Positions 52,291 through 62,987 of a DNA stretch of 64,000 bases are shown here, piece after piece. Source of the DNA: Gammaproteobacteria bacterium (GTDB lineage: Bacteria; Pseudomonadota; Gammaproteobacteria; Ga0077536). A model generated the notes under the pieces. That model did no database searches and was not told the origin of the DNA. It saw nothing but the letters and a program-made list of their open reading frames with translations. The DNA is taken from contig CAXXLL010000003.1 in assembly GCA_963662545.2 (NCBI GenBank), positions 1,056,001 to 1,120,000 of the forward strand, read 5' to 3'. Each line of letters opens with the position of its first letter. The first letter of the stretch is position 1. Position numbers and translations under genes: made by a program.

Positions 52291-53928
52291 ATGACCCCAG
52301 CACTTCGTCTATTGCTAGCTCAGTGCAATTTCTGTGTGGGTGACATCAACGGCAATACCCGAAAGATTCTCGCCGTCAGTGAGCGCGCGCGTGACGAGTT
52401 CAATGCCGAGGTGTTGGTCTTTCCGGAACTGGCCGTGACCGGATATCCACCTGAGGATCTTTTATTCCGGCCGGCACTGCATCGCCGCGTCAAGCTTGCA
52501 CTCGACGAAATAGCGGCCGCTGCCCGTGGCATTCATATCCTGGTCGGCTACCCGGAAGCGGTAGGGGTTTCTCTCTACAACAGTTGCGCGGTCTTTTTCG
52601 AAGGAGAACGGGTTGCGAATTACCGCAAGCAGCACCTGCCGAACTACGCCGTTTTCGATGAAAAGCGTTATTTCGTCGCCGGTTCGCAGGCAACCGTCGT
52701 CGAAATCGGCACGATCAGTCTCGGCATTACGATTTGCGAGGACATCTGGTCACCCGGGATCGCCGTGCAGTCACGCGATGCGGGCGCGGAGATGATTTGC
52801 AACCTAAATGCGTCCCCCTACCATCTCGACAAACATGTACAAAGGATCGACGTTGTAAGCGCGGCCGCCCGGGCCGGGAATCTGCCAATCGCCTATGTGA
52901 ATACCGTTGGCGGGCAGGACGAGTTGCTTTTCGACGGCGGTTCGTTCGCTCTCGCCGCCGACGGCGAGCTTGCGGCGCAGGCGGGTGTCTTCGACGAAGA
53001 ACTTCTACCGCTCAAGATATCCCGGAGCGACGGAAACCTTTCGATTAGCGGTCCGGTTCGGCATCTCCCTGAGCTAGAAGAATCCGTTTACCAGGCGTTG
53101 GTCCTGGGCATCAGGGACTACGTTCACAAGAACCGTTTCGAAGGTTGCGTGCTGGGCTTGTCGGGCGGGATCGACTCGGCCTTGACGCTTACCCTCGCAG
53201 TGGACGCGCTGGGACCCGAGCAGGTATTGGCAATTTCAATGCCATCGAAGTACACCGCATCGATGAGCGTCGAGGACGCGCGTGAAGAGGCGGAACGGCT
53301 CGGCTGCGAATGTAAGATCGTGTCAATTGAAGAACCGGTGGGCGCATTTGCAGCGACGCTTGCCGGCGTGCTCGACGAAAGCGGCGGCGTGACAGCCGAG
53401 AACATCCAGGCGCGTTGCAGGGGGGTCATTCTGATGGCGGTCTCGAACGCGACCGGCCGCATCGTGCTTACGACCGGGAACAAAAGTGAGATGTCGGTCG
53501 GCTACGCGACGCTTTACGGCGACATGGCGGGGGGATTCGCGCCGCTGAAGGACATTCCGAAAATCTTAGTGTACCGTCTTGCGAAATGGCGCAATCATTC
53601 GGGCGTCGTCATTCCAACCCGCGTTATCGAACGTGAACCTTCGGCGGAACTCGCACCGGGGCAAAAGGATTCGGACTCGCTGCCTCCCTACGAAGTTCTG
53701 GACCCCATCCTCGAATATTACATCGAGGCCGATATGACGCCGCGGGAAATTTCTGAGAAAGGCTTCGATATCGACACGGTCGAGCGTGTCACGACGATGG
53801 TGGATCGCAACGAGTACAAGCGTCGCCAAGCGGCGCCCGGTGTCCGCATCAGCAGGAGAGCGTTCGGTCGAGATCGGCGCTTCCCGATCACCTCGCGATA
53901 CACCGAACATGAACCGTTGGATGATTAG
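52291..53928 (+). CDS. nadE: Glutamine-dependent NAD+ synthetase
   Basis: FPEL..GYPPED, ICEDIW, GLSGGIDS, TGNKSE, PSAEL. Confidence 0.95.
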   Translation: MTPALRLLLAQCNFCVGDINGNTRKILAVSERARDEFNAEVLVFPELAVTGYPPEDLLFRPALHRRVKLALDEIAAAARGIHILVGYPEAVGVSLYNSCAVFFEGERVANYRKQHLPNYAVFDEKRYFVAGSQATVVEIGTISLGITICEDIWSPGIAVQSRDAGAEMICNLNASPYHLDKHVQRIDVVSAAARAGNLPIAYVNTVGGQDELLFDGGSFALAADGELAAQAGVFDEELLPLKISRSDGNLSISGPVRHLPELEESVYQALVLGIRDYVHKNRFEGCVLGLSGGIDSALTLTLAVDALGPEQVLAISMPSKYTASMSVEDAREEAERLGCECKIVSIEEPVGAFAATLAGVLDESGGVTAENIQARCRGVILMAVSNATGRIVLTTGNKSEMSVGYATLYGDMAGGFAPLKDIPKILVYRLAKWRNHSGVVIPTRVIEREPSAELAPGQKDSDSLPPYEVLDPILEYYIEADMTPREISEKGFDIDTVERVTTMVDRNEYKRRQAAPGVRISRRAFGRDRRFPITSRYTEHEPLDD

Positions 53929-53946
53929 AACCTATCTCAAAATTAT
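53926..53946. repeat. Solo terminal repeat of the 33982-34035 element on the nadE stop codon
   Basis: TAGAACCTATCTCAAAATTAT is identical to the reverse complement of 34015-34035. Confidence 0.8.
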
Positions 53947-54000
53947 CCATGTGTGCGCCGCCGTAGGGGCCGCATTATCGGGCACACCCGTTCGAAGTCC

Positions 54001-54804
54001 TCAATGCACCACGGTGGCCTTGACTTCCTCGACGCCGGGGTGATTCGGGTAGTTGAGTTCGAGCACCCTGATCGCATCGCCCGCGAGGTCATTCAGGTCG
54101 AGAACCTTATATGACTTGGCGAGAAGAACCAGCGCCTCGGGCATCGCCGGCGTTTGCTGATAGTTCTCAACGACGTATCGCGCCCGATTCGCCGCCGCAA
54201 CGAAAGCGCCCCGACGCATATAGTAGTTTGCGACGTTGACTTCGTGTTGCGCGAGTATATTCCTCAAGTGCCTCATCCTGAGTTGTGCGTCCTCTACGTA
54301 GACACTTTCGGGAAAGCGCTGGATCAGCTCCCCGAAATCCTGGAAGGACTGCAACGAAGCACCCGGATCGCGCTGCGATGGATCCTTTGGCAGCCAGCGG
54401 TCGGTCAGACCCTTGCCGCGGCCGAAATTGATCAGGCCGCGCAGATAGAAAGCATAGGCCATGTGCGTGTGCGATGGATAAAGTTTGATGAACCTGTCGA
54501 TGGTGGCAATGGCCTGCCCGGGGTCGTCCGTGCGATAGTAACAGTACGAAAGTTCGAGCTGCGCCTGCTGTGTATATATGCCAAACGGATAGCGCGTTTG
54601 AAGCTTTTCGTAATACTCGATCGCGCCCTCACAGGATCCTGAATCGAGCCTGTCCTTCGCGGCGTAATACAAACGGTCTTCAGGCCACTTCTCCTCCTCG
54701 CGGTCCTTGTGGCTTTGGCTTTGGAAATACCCGCAGCCGGCACTCCCGGCGAGGGCTAGCAATAATAGGAGGCGACAGAGCTTGCTGATTCGATTGGCAT
54801 TCAT
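54001..54804 (-). CDS. bamD: Outer membrane assembly lipoprotein BamD (ComL)
   Basis: Lipobox SAGC, RYPFG, YYMRRGAFVAAANRA; divergent from rluD. Confidence 0.94.
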   Translation of the reverse strand: MNANRISKLCRLLLLLALAGSAGCGYFQSQSHKDREEEKWPEDRLYYAAKDRLDSGSCEGAIEYYEKLQTRYPFGIYTQQAQLELSYCYYRTDDPGQAIATIDRFIKLYPSHTHMAYAFYLRGLINFGRGKGLTDRWLPKDPSQRDPGASLQSFQDFGELIQRFPESVYVEDAQLRMRHLRNILAQHEVNVANYYMRRGAFVAAANRARYVVENYQQTPAMPEALVLLAKSYKVLDLNDLAGDAIRVLELNYPNHPGVEEVKATVVH

Positions 54805-55050
54805 GTAGCGTAAAATTCCCGCATGGTTTCAGCGGCGGCGCGATTTGAGGGGCTCTATTGTAGAGGCTCGAATTTCGGTAACGCAATGAACTACGCTTAT
54901 CCGCTTGACCGGATGCGGGCAGGCCTCATCACATTAAAGCCTCGCGAGATTCGGTGATCATCGCGCCTTGCACCCAAATTGAAGTGCCTGAAGACTCAAA
55001 CTTCGAAACCATCGAGCATGACCGAACTGCGCATCGCCTGGATATCCTGA

Positions 55051-56031
55051 ATGGTTGAAAGCACTCACCAGCGGCACACCGCCCAGATTCCCAAAGCACT
55101 CACCGGTCAACGGCTCGACCAGGCACTGGCCAGTCTATTCTCCCAATATTCGCGCACGGCGATAAAGCAGTGGATAGAAAATGGCCTAGTCACAGTGAAC
55201 CTCGCGCCGGCGGGCCGCCCGAGCTGCAAAGTGAAGTTCGGCGATAAAATAGAATTCATCGCCGCGCTCGAAGCGTCCGTGGCTAGTCGCCCGCAGGCAG
55301 TCCGCTTCGAAATCGTCTACAGCGACGACGCGGTGATCGTCGTCGACAAGCCGTCTGGCCTCGTCGTTCACCCGGGCGCGGGCAACCCTGATCGCACGCT
55401 CGTGAACGGCCTGCTGTTCGCCTTTCCCGAGCTGGTGACACTCCCTCGCGCGGGATTGATCCACCGCATCGACAAAGACACCTCCGGTCTGCTCGTAGTC
55501 GGCCGCGATTCTGCAAGTTTCCAGGCAATGGTGCGCGCCTTGTCACGGCGAGAGATATCGCGACGGTACGACGCGATCGTCAACGGCGTGCTGGTCGGCG
55601 GTGGCACGATCGAAGCAGCGATCACCCGCGACCCGCGTCAACGCACACGCATGCGGGTGGCCGACAGCGGTCGCTCCGCCGTTACGCATTTTCGCGTCAG
55701 GAAGCGCTTCCGCGCGCATACGTTGATCGAAGTACAGCTGGAAACGGGACGCACTCATCAAATACGCGTGCACATGGCGTCACGCGGTCACCCGATTGTC
55801 GGAGATCCGAAATACGGAGGGCGGCGACGCCTGCCCCCCTCGCCCAGCGCTGGCTTGGCGACGAGCATCAGCAATTTTTCGCGCCAGGCACTGCACGCAC
55901 GCCGTTTGGAATTCGTGCACCCGGTCAGTAACGAAAAGATGTCGTTCGAAGCGCCTCTGCCGGACGACATGTCAGCGCTGATTTCAGCGCTCGAAAGAGA
56001 TCTGGCAGAGCACGGAAATAAGCCGTCATGA
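55051..56031 (+). CDS. rluD: 23S rRNA pseudouridine synthase RluD
   Basis: S4 domain, HRIDKDTSG, ETGRTHQIRVH. Confidence 0.94.
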   Translation: MVESTHQRHTAQIPKALTGQRLDQALASLFSQYSRTAIKQWIENGLVTVNLAPAGRPSCKVKFGDKIEFIAALEASVASRPQAVRFEIVYSDDAVIVVDKPSGLVVHPGAGNPDRTLVNGLLFAFPELVTLPRAGLIHRIDKDTSGLLVVGRDSASFQAMVRALSRREISRRYDAIVNGVLVGGGTIEAAITRDPRQRTRMRVADSGRSAVTHFRVRKRFRAHTLIEVQLETGRTHQIRVHMASRGHPIVGDPKYGGRRRLPPSPSAGLATSISNFSRQALHARRLEFVHPVSNEKMSFEAPLPDDMSALISALERDLAEHGNKPS

Positions 56032-56771
56032 ATACCCCCCTGCAGCTCATCGAACCTGAATGTTTCGAATCGGTTGCGGTCCGGGCGTGTTTTACCACAC
56101 GACTGGGGGGTTGCAGCGAGGCGCCCTTCGCGGGGTTAAACGTCGCGCTTCATGTCGGCGACGACCCCGCCGCCGTAGCCCGCAATCGCGCTAAAGTGCA
56201 GGAAAGGCTCGGTCTACAGCACACCCCGTGCTGGCTTGATCAAAAGCACGGCAACCGCGTGGTGCGCATCGATCAAGACGCGGGCAATTTATCCGCCGAT
56301 GCTTCGATAACGCGGACTCCGGGCCTGGTATGCGTGGTCATGGTCGCCGACTGCGTTCCGCTCCTGCTCTGTGATCGCGGCGGCACCGAAGTCGCCGCAA
56401 TTCATGCCGGGTGGCGGGGTCTGGAGACCGGCGTCATCGAGGCGACACTCGACGCATTTGCCGCCGCGCCTTCCGATCTCATCGCCTGGCTGGGGCCGTC
56501 GATTGGCTTAAACGCTTATCAGATCGGCGCCGATCTGCGACGGCGATTCACCGCAGCGGATCCGAATACGGCATCGGCCTTTGATAGGAAGGGTCCATCA
56601 TGGTATATGGACCTTACGCAGCTCGCGCGCAGGCAACTGGAACACGCCGGCGTCGAATTCGTCTATATCGACGGTCATTGTGTTTATCAATGCAGCGACC
56701 TGTTCTATTCATACCGTAGGGACGGCCGTACCGGTCGCATGGCAGGCTTGATTTGGATCGAGGGATCGTGA
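56028..56771 (+). CDS. pgeF: PgeF/YfiH peptidoglycan editing factor
   Basis: TTR.GG, Q.HG, ADCVP, HAGWRG, SYRR. Confidence 0.93.
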   Translation: MNTPLQLIEPECFESVAVRACFTTRLGGCSEAPFAGLNVALHVGDDPAAVARNRAKVQERLGLQHTPCWLDQKHGNRVVRIDQDAGNLSADASITRTPGLVCVVMVADCVPLLLCDRGGTEVAAIHAGWRGLETGVIEATLDAFAAAPSDLIAWLGPSIGLNAYQIGADLRRRFTAADPNTASAFDRKGPSWYMDLTQLARRQLEHAGVEFVYIDGHCVYQCSDLFYSYRRDGRTGRMAGLIWIEGS

Positions 56772-57027
56772 GTTCTCCCTCTGGAGCGGGGGAAATCATC
56801 GCCGACACAAATTCGGCTGCGCTTCATCCATGTACCGGAATTGACCGGTCGTAACACAGGCTTAACCGGCCACGTGGCAGTCCTCGCGGCGCAGCGAATT
56901 CAACCCGAACGGCCGAGGAACCGATAGTTCGGTAACGGATTCACCGTTTTCTTCGTAAAGCGGTGAAATACATCGCAGGAGACGGTTTTGATCAACCGGT
57001 TTCCGGAACGAAGAGATAGGGGGCAAG

Positions 57028-58446
57028 ATGACGTCAATGCATGAATGGTCGTTTTCTAAGAGCGTGGATCAAATGGCGATGAAGGCCTTCGATGCGCTGT
57101 CTCTGGACGCGGGACTGGCGAATGCCATCAAGGCCTGCAACGCCGTACTGCAGGTGACCTTTCCGGTGGAAATCGACGGAAAAATACAGAATTTCACAGG
57201 TTGGCGAGCCGTGCACAGCACGCACCGGCTACCGTCAAAAGGGGGAATTCGCTACGCGCCGATCGTCAACCAGGACGAAGTTGAAGCGTTGGCCGCGCTG
57301 ATGACCTATAAATGCGCCATTGTCGATGTCCCCTTTGGCGGTTCAAAAGGCGGGTTGTTGATCGATCCCTCGAAATACGAGCGCAGCGACATGCAGCGCA
57401 TTACCCGCCGCTTCGCGCGCGAACTCGCGCGCCGCGGTTTCCTGAGTCCTTCGACGAACGTTCCGGCGCCGGACATGGGTACCGGCGAGCGGGAAATGGC
57501 GTGGATGATGGACACCTACAAGGTGCTTTACCCGGAAGACATTAACCATTCGGCCTGTGTGACGGGGAAGCCGGTTGCGCATGGCGGTATTCACGGGCGC
57601 AAGGAAGCGACAGGTCGCGGCGCGGTATTTGCATTACGGGAATTCTTCAGACACGCCGATGACGTCAAGGCCGCCGGCTTGTCCGGGCGACTCGGCGGCA
57701 AGCGCGTCGTCGTGCAAGGCCTGGGCAACGTCGGTTACCACGCGGCACTCATTCTCGAGGAGGAAGACGACGCCAAAATCATCGCGATTGGTGAACGCGA
57801 TGGCGCACTGGTCAAAGAATCAGGAATGTCAGTGCAGGCCGTCCGCGATTACATCAATGAAACCGGCGGCGTCACCGGATACCCGGATGCAGACTATTAC
57901 GCGGACGGCGCCAAAGTATTGGAAACAGAATGCGATATCCTGATTCCGGCTGCGCTCGAAGCGCAGATCCACGAAGGTAATGCTGATCGGATCCGGACCA
58001 AGCTCGTCTGCGAAGCGGCGAACGGACCCGTGACCTTCGAAGCCGATCGAATCCTGAAACAGCAGGGTATCACCGTGCTACCGGATGCTTACGTAAATGC
58101 GGGCGGCGTTACGGTTTCGTATTTCGAATGGATCCGCAATCTCGCACACATTCGTTTCGGCCGTATGGAGCGGCGCTACGATGAGATGCGCGGGCAATAC
58201 AACGTCGACGCTCTCGAAGAATTGACCGACCGGAAAATTCCGGATGCAGTTCGACGGAATCTCGTGAAGGGGGCCAATGAGCTGGACCTGGTGCGCTCGG
58301 GACTGGATGACACCATGCGTCTCGCCTATCAACAGATTCGTGAGGAATTGCACAGTAACGCCGCGATCGACGACTTTCGAACCGCCGCTTTTGCCGTTGC
58401 TATCCGTAAAATATCGCGCTCGTATCTGGATATCGGGATCAGCTGA
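57028..58446 (+). CDS. Glu/Leu/Phe/Val dehydrogenase (glutamate dehydrogenase)
   Basis: KGGIRY, PFGGSKGG, PAPDMGT, QGLGNVG, EAANGP, NAGGVTVSYFEW. Confidence 0.93.
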   Translation: MTSMHEWSFSKSVDQMAMKAFDALSLDAGLANAIKACNAVLQVTFPVEIDGKIQNFTGWRAVHSTHRLPSKGGIRYAPIVNQDEVEALAALMTYKCAIVDVPFGGSKGGLLIDPSKYERSDMQRITRRFARELARRGFLSPSTNVPAPDMGTGEREMAWMMDTYKVLYPEDINHSACVTGKPVAHGGIHGRKEATGRGAVFALREFFRHADDVKAAGLSGRLGGKRVVVQGLGNVGYHAALILEEEDDAKIIAIGERDGALVKESGMSVQAVRDYINETGGVTGYPDADYYADGAKVLETECDILIPAALEAQIHEGNADRIRTKLVCEAANGPVTFEADRILKQQGITVLPDAYVNAGGVTVSYFEWIRNLAHIRFGRMERRYDEMRGQYNVDALEELTDRKIPDAVRRNLVKGANELDLVRSGLDDTMRLAYQQIREELHSNAAIDDFRTAAFAVAIRKISRSYLDIGIS

Positions 58447-58486
58447 ATGCGCCCGGCCCAAGAACGAGTTTGGAGCTGCTAACGTC

Positions 58487-58515
58487 CTTGATTTAGCGGG
58501 GCGCGACCCCGATAT
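58487..58515 (+). promoter_or_regulatory. Putative sigma32 (RpoH) promoter of clpB
   Basis: CTTGAT-N14-CCCCGATAT resembles CTTGAA-N13/14-CCCCATNT. Confidence 0.6.
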
Positions 58516-58557
58516 GTCAGTTATAGACTAGGGCATAGCGATTCGAGGAACCATCTC

Positions 58558-61149
58558 ATGCGAGCGGACAAGATGACGAACAAATTCCAGATCGCCCTGA
58601 GCGAGGCGCAGAGCCTTGCCGTTGGCCGGGATCACCCGTTCATCGAACCACTTCACCTGATGGCTGCGCTGCTCGACCAGGAAGGCAGCACGGTCCGTCA
58701 GGTCTTGAGAACGACCGGCGTCGATGTGTCGCAACTGCGCGCCCAGCTCGGCCGCAGCATCGAACGACTGCCGAAAGTCGAAGGGGCCGCGGGCGAAGTT
58801 CATCCCTCCAATGCGCTGGTCAAACTGCTGAACGTCACCGATAAATTCGCGCAGGAACGCAAGGACGCCTACATCGCAAGTGAGTTGTTCGTCCTCGCAG
58901 CGCTTCAAGATCCCGGAGAACTCGGTCGTTTGCTCAAAGAGCTAGGCGCCGGGGAAGGACGTCTGCAGGACGCGATCGACAGTCTTCGGGGCGGTGAAGC
59001 AGTGGGCGATCCGAATGCCGAAGAACAGCGCCAGGCACTTGAAAAATACACCATCGATCTGACCGAGCGCGCGGAGCAGGGTAAGCTCGACCCAGTGATC
59101 GGTCGTGATGAGGAAATACGCCGTACCATCCAGGTTCTGCAACGCCGCACGAAGAACAACCCCGTTTTGATCGGTGAACCGGGCGTCGGTAAAACGGCGA
59201 TTGTCGAAGGGCTCGCGCAGCGCATCGTCAACCGTGAGGTGCCCGAAGCGCTGAAACGAAAGCGCGTGCTCTCACTCGATATGGGCGCGCTGATAGCGGG
59301 TGCGAAATACCGCGGCGATTTCGAGGAGCGCCTGAAAGCAGTCTTGAACGATCTCGCCAAACAGGGCGGCCAGATCATCTTGTTCATCGACGAACTACAC
59401 ACCATGGTCGGCGCCGGGAAGGCCGAAGGCTCCTTGGACGCCGGCAATATGCTGAAACCGGCGCTGGCGCGCGGCGAACTTCACTGCATCGGCGCGACGA
59501 CTCTGGACGAATACCGCCAGCATGTCGAGAAGGATGCTGCGCTGGAGCGTCGTTTTCAAAAAGTGCTGGTAGAAGAGCCGTCGATCGAAGACACCATCGC
59601 GATACTGCGGGGTTTGAAGGAGCGATACGCCGTACACCACGGCGTGGAGATCACCGATCCTGCAATCATCGCTGCGGCCAATCTTTCGAGCCGTTACATC
59701 TCCGATCGCCAACTTCCGGACAAGGCCATCGACCTGATAGACGAAGCGGCGAGTTGCATTAGCATCGAAATCGATTCCAAGCCCGAAAGTATGGATCGGC
59801 TGGACCGTCGCGCCATTCAGCTCAAAATCGAGCGCGAGGCACTGCGCAAGGAAACCGACGAAGCATCGAAACGCCGGCTCGATGATCTGGAAAAGCAAAT
59901 CGACGAAGTCGAAAAGGAATACGCCGATCTGGAGGAGATCTGGAAATCAGAGAAGGCCGCACTTGCGGACACACATCAGATCCAGGCTGATCTGGAGCGC
60001 GCTCGCATGGAATTCGACAACGCCAAACGGGCGAGCGATCTCAACCGCATGTCCGAACTGCAATACGGCATTATTCCCGAACTCGAAAAAAGGCTTGCCG
60101 GCGCCACTGATGACCAAAACTCATCGCAGCAATTGCTGCGCAACCGCGTTACTGGCGAAGAGGTGGCCGAAATCGTGTCGAAATGGACGGGGATACCCGT
60201 CGCCAAGATGCTCGAGGGTGAACGCGAAAAACTCCTCCGCATGGAGGATGCACTGCACGCCCGCGTCGTCGGCCAGGAAGAAGCAGTCGGCGGCGTCGCC
60301 AACGCCATTCGACGAGCACGCGCAGGGCTGTCCGACCCCAAGCGGCCCAACGGGTCGTTCCTGTTTCTCGGTCCGACGGGCGTTGGCAAAACCGAACTCT
60401 GCAAAGCCCTCGCTGAGTTCCTGTTCGACTCCGAGGACGCACTCATCCGGGTAGACATGTCCGAATACATGGAGAAGCACTCGGTTGCGAGGCTGATCGG
60501 AGCGCCACCCGGGTACGTGGGGTACGAAGAAGGCGGTTATCTGACCGAAGCGGTACGGCGCAAGCCCTATTCGGTCCTATTGCTCGATGAAATCGAAAAG
60601 GCACACCCCGAGGTGTTCAACATCCTGCTGCAGGTGCTGGATGACGGCCGGCTCACCGATGGGCACGGGCGCACGGTGGATTTTCGCAACACCGTCATCG
60701 TGATGACCTCGAACCTCGGCTCGGAGACGATCCAAGATATGACCGGCGAGCGTGATTACGAACAGATGAAAAATGCCGTAATGGCCATTGTATCCCACCA
60801 TTTCCGACCGGAATTCATCAACCGTATCGACGAGGTGGTGGTATTCCACGCGCTCGAGCAGGATCAGATCCGCGTCATTGCGGAAGTCCAGATCGCGGCG
60901 CTGAGGTCACGCCTCGCGCAGCAGGACCTGGCACTGGAAGTTACGCCTGCGGCGCTGGACAAGCTGGGCGAGGCGGGATTCGACCCCGTCTACGGCGCGC
61001 GCCCCCTCAAGCGCGCGATTCAGAACCTGCTCGAGACACCTCTCGCCGAAGCGATACTGAAAGGGCGCTACCACCCCGGCGACACGATCCACGTCGATTG
61101 CGCGGACAGCGGCCTGGTACTCGACACAGACGCGGCGCACGCCGCCTAA
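58558..61149 (+). CDS. clpB: Chaperone ClpB
   Basis: Two AAA modules ([16 protein letters not shown]), coiled-coil middle domain, GYVGYEEGG. Confidence 0.97.
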   Translation: MRADKMTNKFQIALSEAQSLAVGRDHPFIEPLHLMAALLDQEGSTVRQVLRTTGVDVSQLRAQLGRSIERLPKVEGAAGEVHPSNALVKLLNVTDKFAQERKDAYIASELFVLAALQDPGELGRLLKELGAGEGRLQDAIDSLRGGEAVGDPNAEEQRQALEKYTIDLTERAEQGKLDPVIGRDEEIRRTIQVLQRRTKNNPVLIGEPGVGKTAIVEGLAQRIVNREVPEALKRKRVLSLDMGALIAGAKYRGDFEERLKAVLNDLAKQGGQIILFIDELHTMVGAGKAEGSLDAGNMLKPALARGELHCIGATTLDEYRQHVEKDAALERRFQKVLVEEPSIEDTIAILRGLKERYAVHHGVEITDPAIIAAANLSSRYISDRQLPDKAIDLIDEAASCISIEIDSKPESMDRLDRRAIQLKIEREALRKETDEASKRRLDDLEKQIDEVEKEYADLEEIWKSEKAALADTHQIQADLERARMEFDNAKRASDLNRMSELQYGIIPELEKRLAGATDDQNSSQQLLRNRVTGEEVAEIVSKWTGIPVAKMLEGEREKLLRMEDALHARVVGQEEAVGGVANAIRRARAGLSDPKRPNGSFLFLGPTGVGKTELCKALAEFLFDSEDALIRVDMSEYMEKHSVARLIGAPPGYVGYEEGGYLTEAVRRKPYSVLLLDEIEKAHPEVFNILLQVLDDGRLTDGHGRTVDFRNTVIVMTSNLGSETIQDMTGERDYEQMKNAVMAIVSHHFRPEFINRIDEVVVFHALEQDQIRVIAEVQIAALRSRLAQQDLALEVTPAALDKLGEAGFDPVYGARPLKRAIQNLLETPLAEAILKGRYHPGDTIHVDCADSGLVLDTDAAHAA

Positions 61150-61273
61150 CGATCAGCTAAATGGGGCGATTCGCAGAGCGAGCAGTTCTCAGAAATCGCC
61201 CGCTCCTGTAGCTATTTAGCGTCGATTAATCTACCATTTTGTGCGGTATCAACTGACCGGTGAGTTTAAGCCA

Positions 61274-62983
61274 ATGGCGGTATCAACTAACCGGGTGCCT
61301 CTTAGCGGCCTCGCGCGCAAGCTTGTCGCCGATGGGCTCCTCGAAGAAGAAGCGGCGGGCCAGGCGTTCCAGGACGCGCTCAGCAATAAAGTCCCCTTCG
61401 TAAAATTCCTGGTCGAAAACGGGCTTGGCGAGAGCAAGAACATCGCCCATGCGGCCTCCCAGGAGTTCGGCGTCCCCATGCTCGACATCGACGTCGTTGA
61501 GATCGATCCTGACATCGTCAAGGTGGTGAGTCAGGATTTGATTCAGAAACACGGAGCCTTACCGCTGTTCAAACGCGGTAATCGCGTGTTCATCGGGGTA
61601 TCCGACCCGACCAATCTGCAAGCGCTGGACGAGATTAAATTCAACATCGGTGGCGGCACGACCGAGGCTGTCGTCGTCGAATGGGAAAAACTGTCCAAGG
61701 CCCTCGAAGCGTCCGACGGCGGACTCGGCGACATGGAGGATTCCGACCTCGAAGATTTCGACGACCTCGAAGTCGGTGGCGAAGAGCCGGATCAGCAAGA
61801 CGACGTGGAAGTCGACGACGCGCCGGTCGTCCGCTTCGTCAACAAGTGCCTGCTGGATGCGATCAAAAAGGGCGCCTCGGACCTCCACTTCGAACCCTAC
61901 GAGAAAATCTACCGGGTACGGTTCCGTGTCGACGGCGTGCTGAGCGAAGTGGCGCGCCCACCGCTGGTGCTGTCAGGCAAAATCGCCGCCCGTATCAAGG
62001 TCATGTCGCGACTCGACGTGTCCGAGCGCCGTGTACCGCAGGACGGCCGCATCAAACTTAAACTCTCGAAGAACAAGTCCATCGACTTTCGTGTCAGCAC
62101 CTGCCCGACCCTGTTCGGGGAAAAGACTGTGATGCGTATCCTCGATTCCGACGCGGCGAAGCTGCAGATCGACCAACTCGGATACGAAGAGGTGCAGAAA
62201 GAAGTCTTCCTCAAGAATCTAATGAAACCCTACGGGATGTTCCTAGTCACGGGACCGACGGGTAGCGGGAAGACGGTTTCGCTTTATACCGGCATCAATA
62301 TCCTCAACACGGACGACGTGAACATCTCGACAGCGGAAGACCCGGTGGAAATCAACCTCACCGGCATCAATCAGGTTCAGGTCGACGAGAAAACGGGCAT
62401 GACATTTCCGAAGGCCCTGAAAGCATTCTTGCGTCAGGATCCGGACATCATCCTGGTCGGCGAGATCCGCGATCTGGAAACGGCATCGATCGCGGTGAAG
62501 GCCGCGCAGACCGGTCACATGGTGATGTCAACCTTGCATACGAACGACTGCCCCCAAACCCTGACCCGCCTTCAGGACATGGGTATCCAAGCGTTCGCTG
62601 TGGCGACCACCATCAATATCATCACCGGGCAGCGTTTGTGCCGCCGGCTGCATTCAGATTACAAAGTACCCGTTGACATGCCGCCCGAAGCGCTTCTCGA
62701 CGAGGGATTTCCGGAGGAATGGATCGAAGAGGGCATCAAGCTGTTCGGTCCCGGCGACGGTGGCGATGATTGCCCCAGCGGTTACAAGGGCCGCGCAGGC
62801 ATCTATCAGGTCATGCAGGTCTCCGACGCCATGCGTCGCCTCATCATGGAGGGCGCGAATGCGGTGCAGCTCGCCGATCGGGCTCTGGAGGAGGGAATTT
62901 GGGACATCCGTAAATCGGGGCTGGCAAAAGCTCGGGACGCAGTAACGAGTCTTGCAGAAGTCAATCGCGTGACAGTGGAGTAA
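61274..62983 (+). CDS. pilB: Type IV pilus assembly ATPase PilB
   Basis: GASDLHFEP, GPTGSGKT, LRQDPD, TGH..STLHTN. Confidence 0.95.
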   Translation: MAVSTNRVPLSGLARKLVADGLLEEEAAGQAFQDALSNKVPFVKFLVENGLGESKNIAHAASQEFGVPMLDIDVVEIDPDIVKVVSQDLIQKHGALPLFKRGNRVFIGVSDPTNLQALDEIKFNIGGGTTEAVVVEWEKLSKALEASDGGLGDMEDSDLEDFDDLEVGGEEPDQQDDVEVDDAPVVRFVNKCLLDAIKKGASDLHFEPYEKIYRVRFRVDGVLSEVARPPLVLSGKIAARIKVMSRLDVSERRVPQDGRIKLKLSKNKSIDFRVSTCPTLFGEKTVMRILDSDAAKLQIDQLGYEEVQKEVFLKNLMKPYGMFLVTGPTGSGKTVSLYTGINILNTDDVNISTAEDPVEINLTGINQVQVDEKTGMTFPKALKAFLRQDPDIILVGEIRDLETASIAVKAAQTGHMVMSTLHTNDCPQTLTRLQDMGIQAFAVATTINIITGQRLCRRLHSDYKVPVDMPPEALLDEGFPEEWIEEGIKLFGPGDGGDDCPSGYKGRAGIYQVMQVSDAMRRLIMEGANAVQLADRALEEGIWDIRKSGLAKARDAVTSLAEVNRVTVE

Positions 62984-62987
62984 GCCA

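Noticed and set aside
61155-61220. Imperfect long hairpin between clpB and pilB
   Set aside because: Plausible terminator or stability stem but no U tail and no further support
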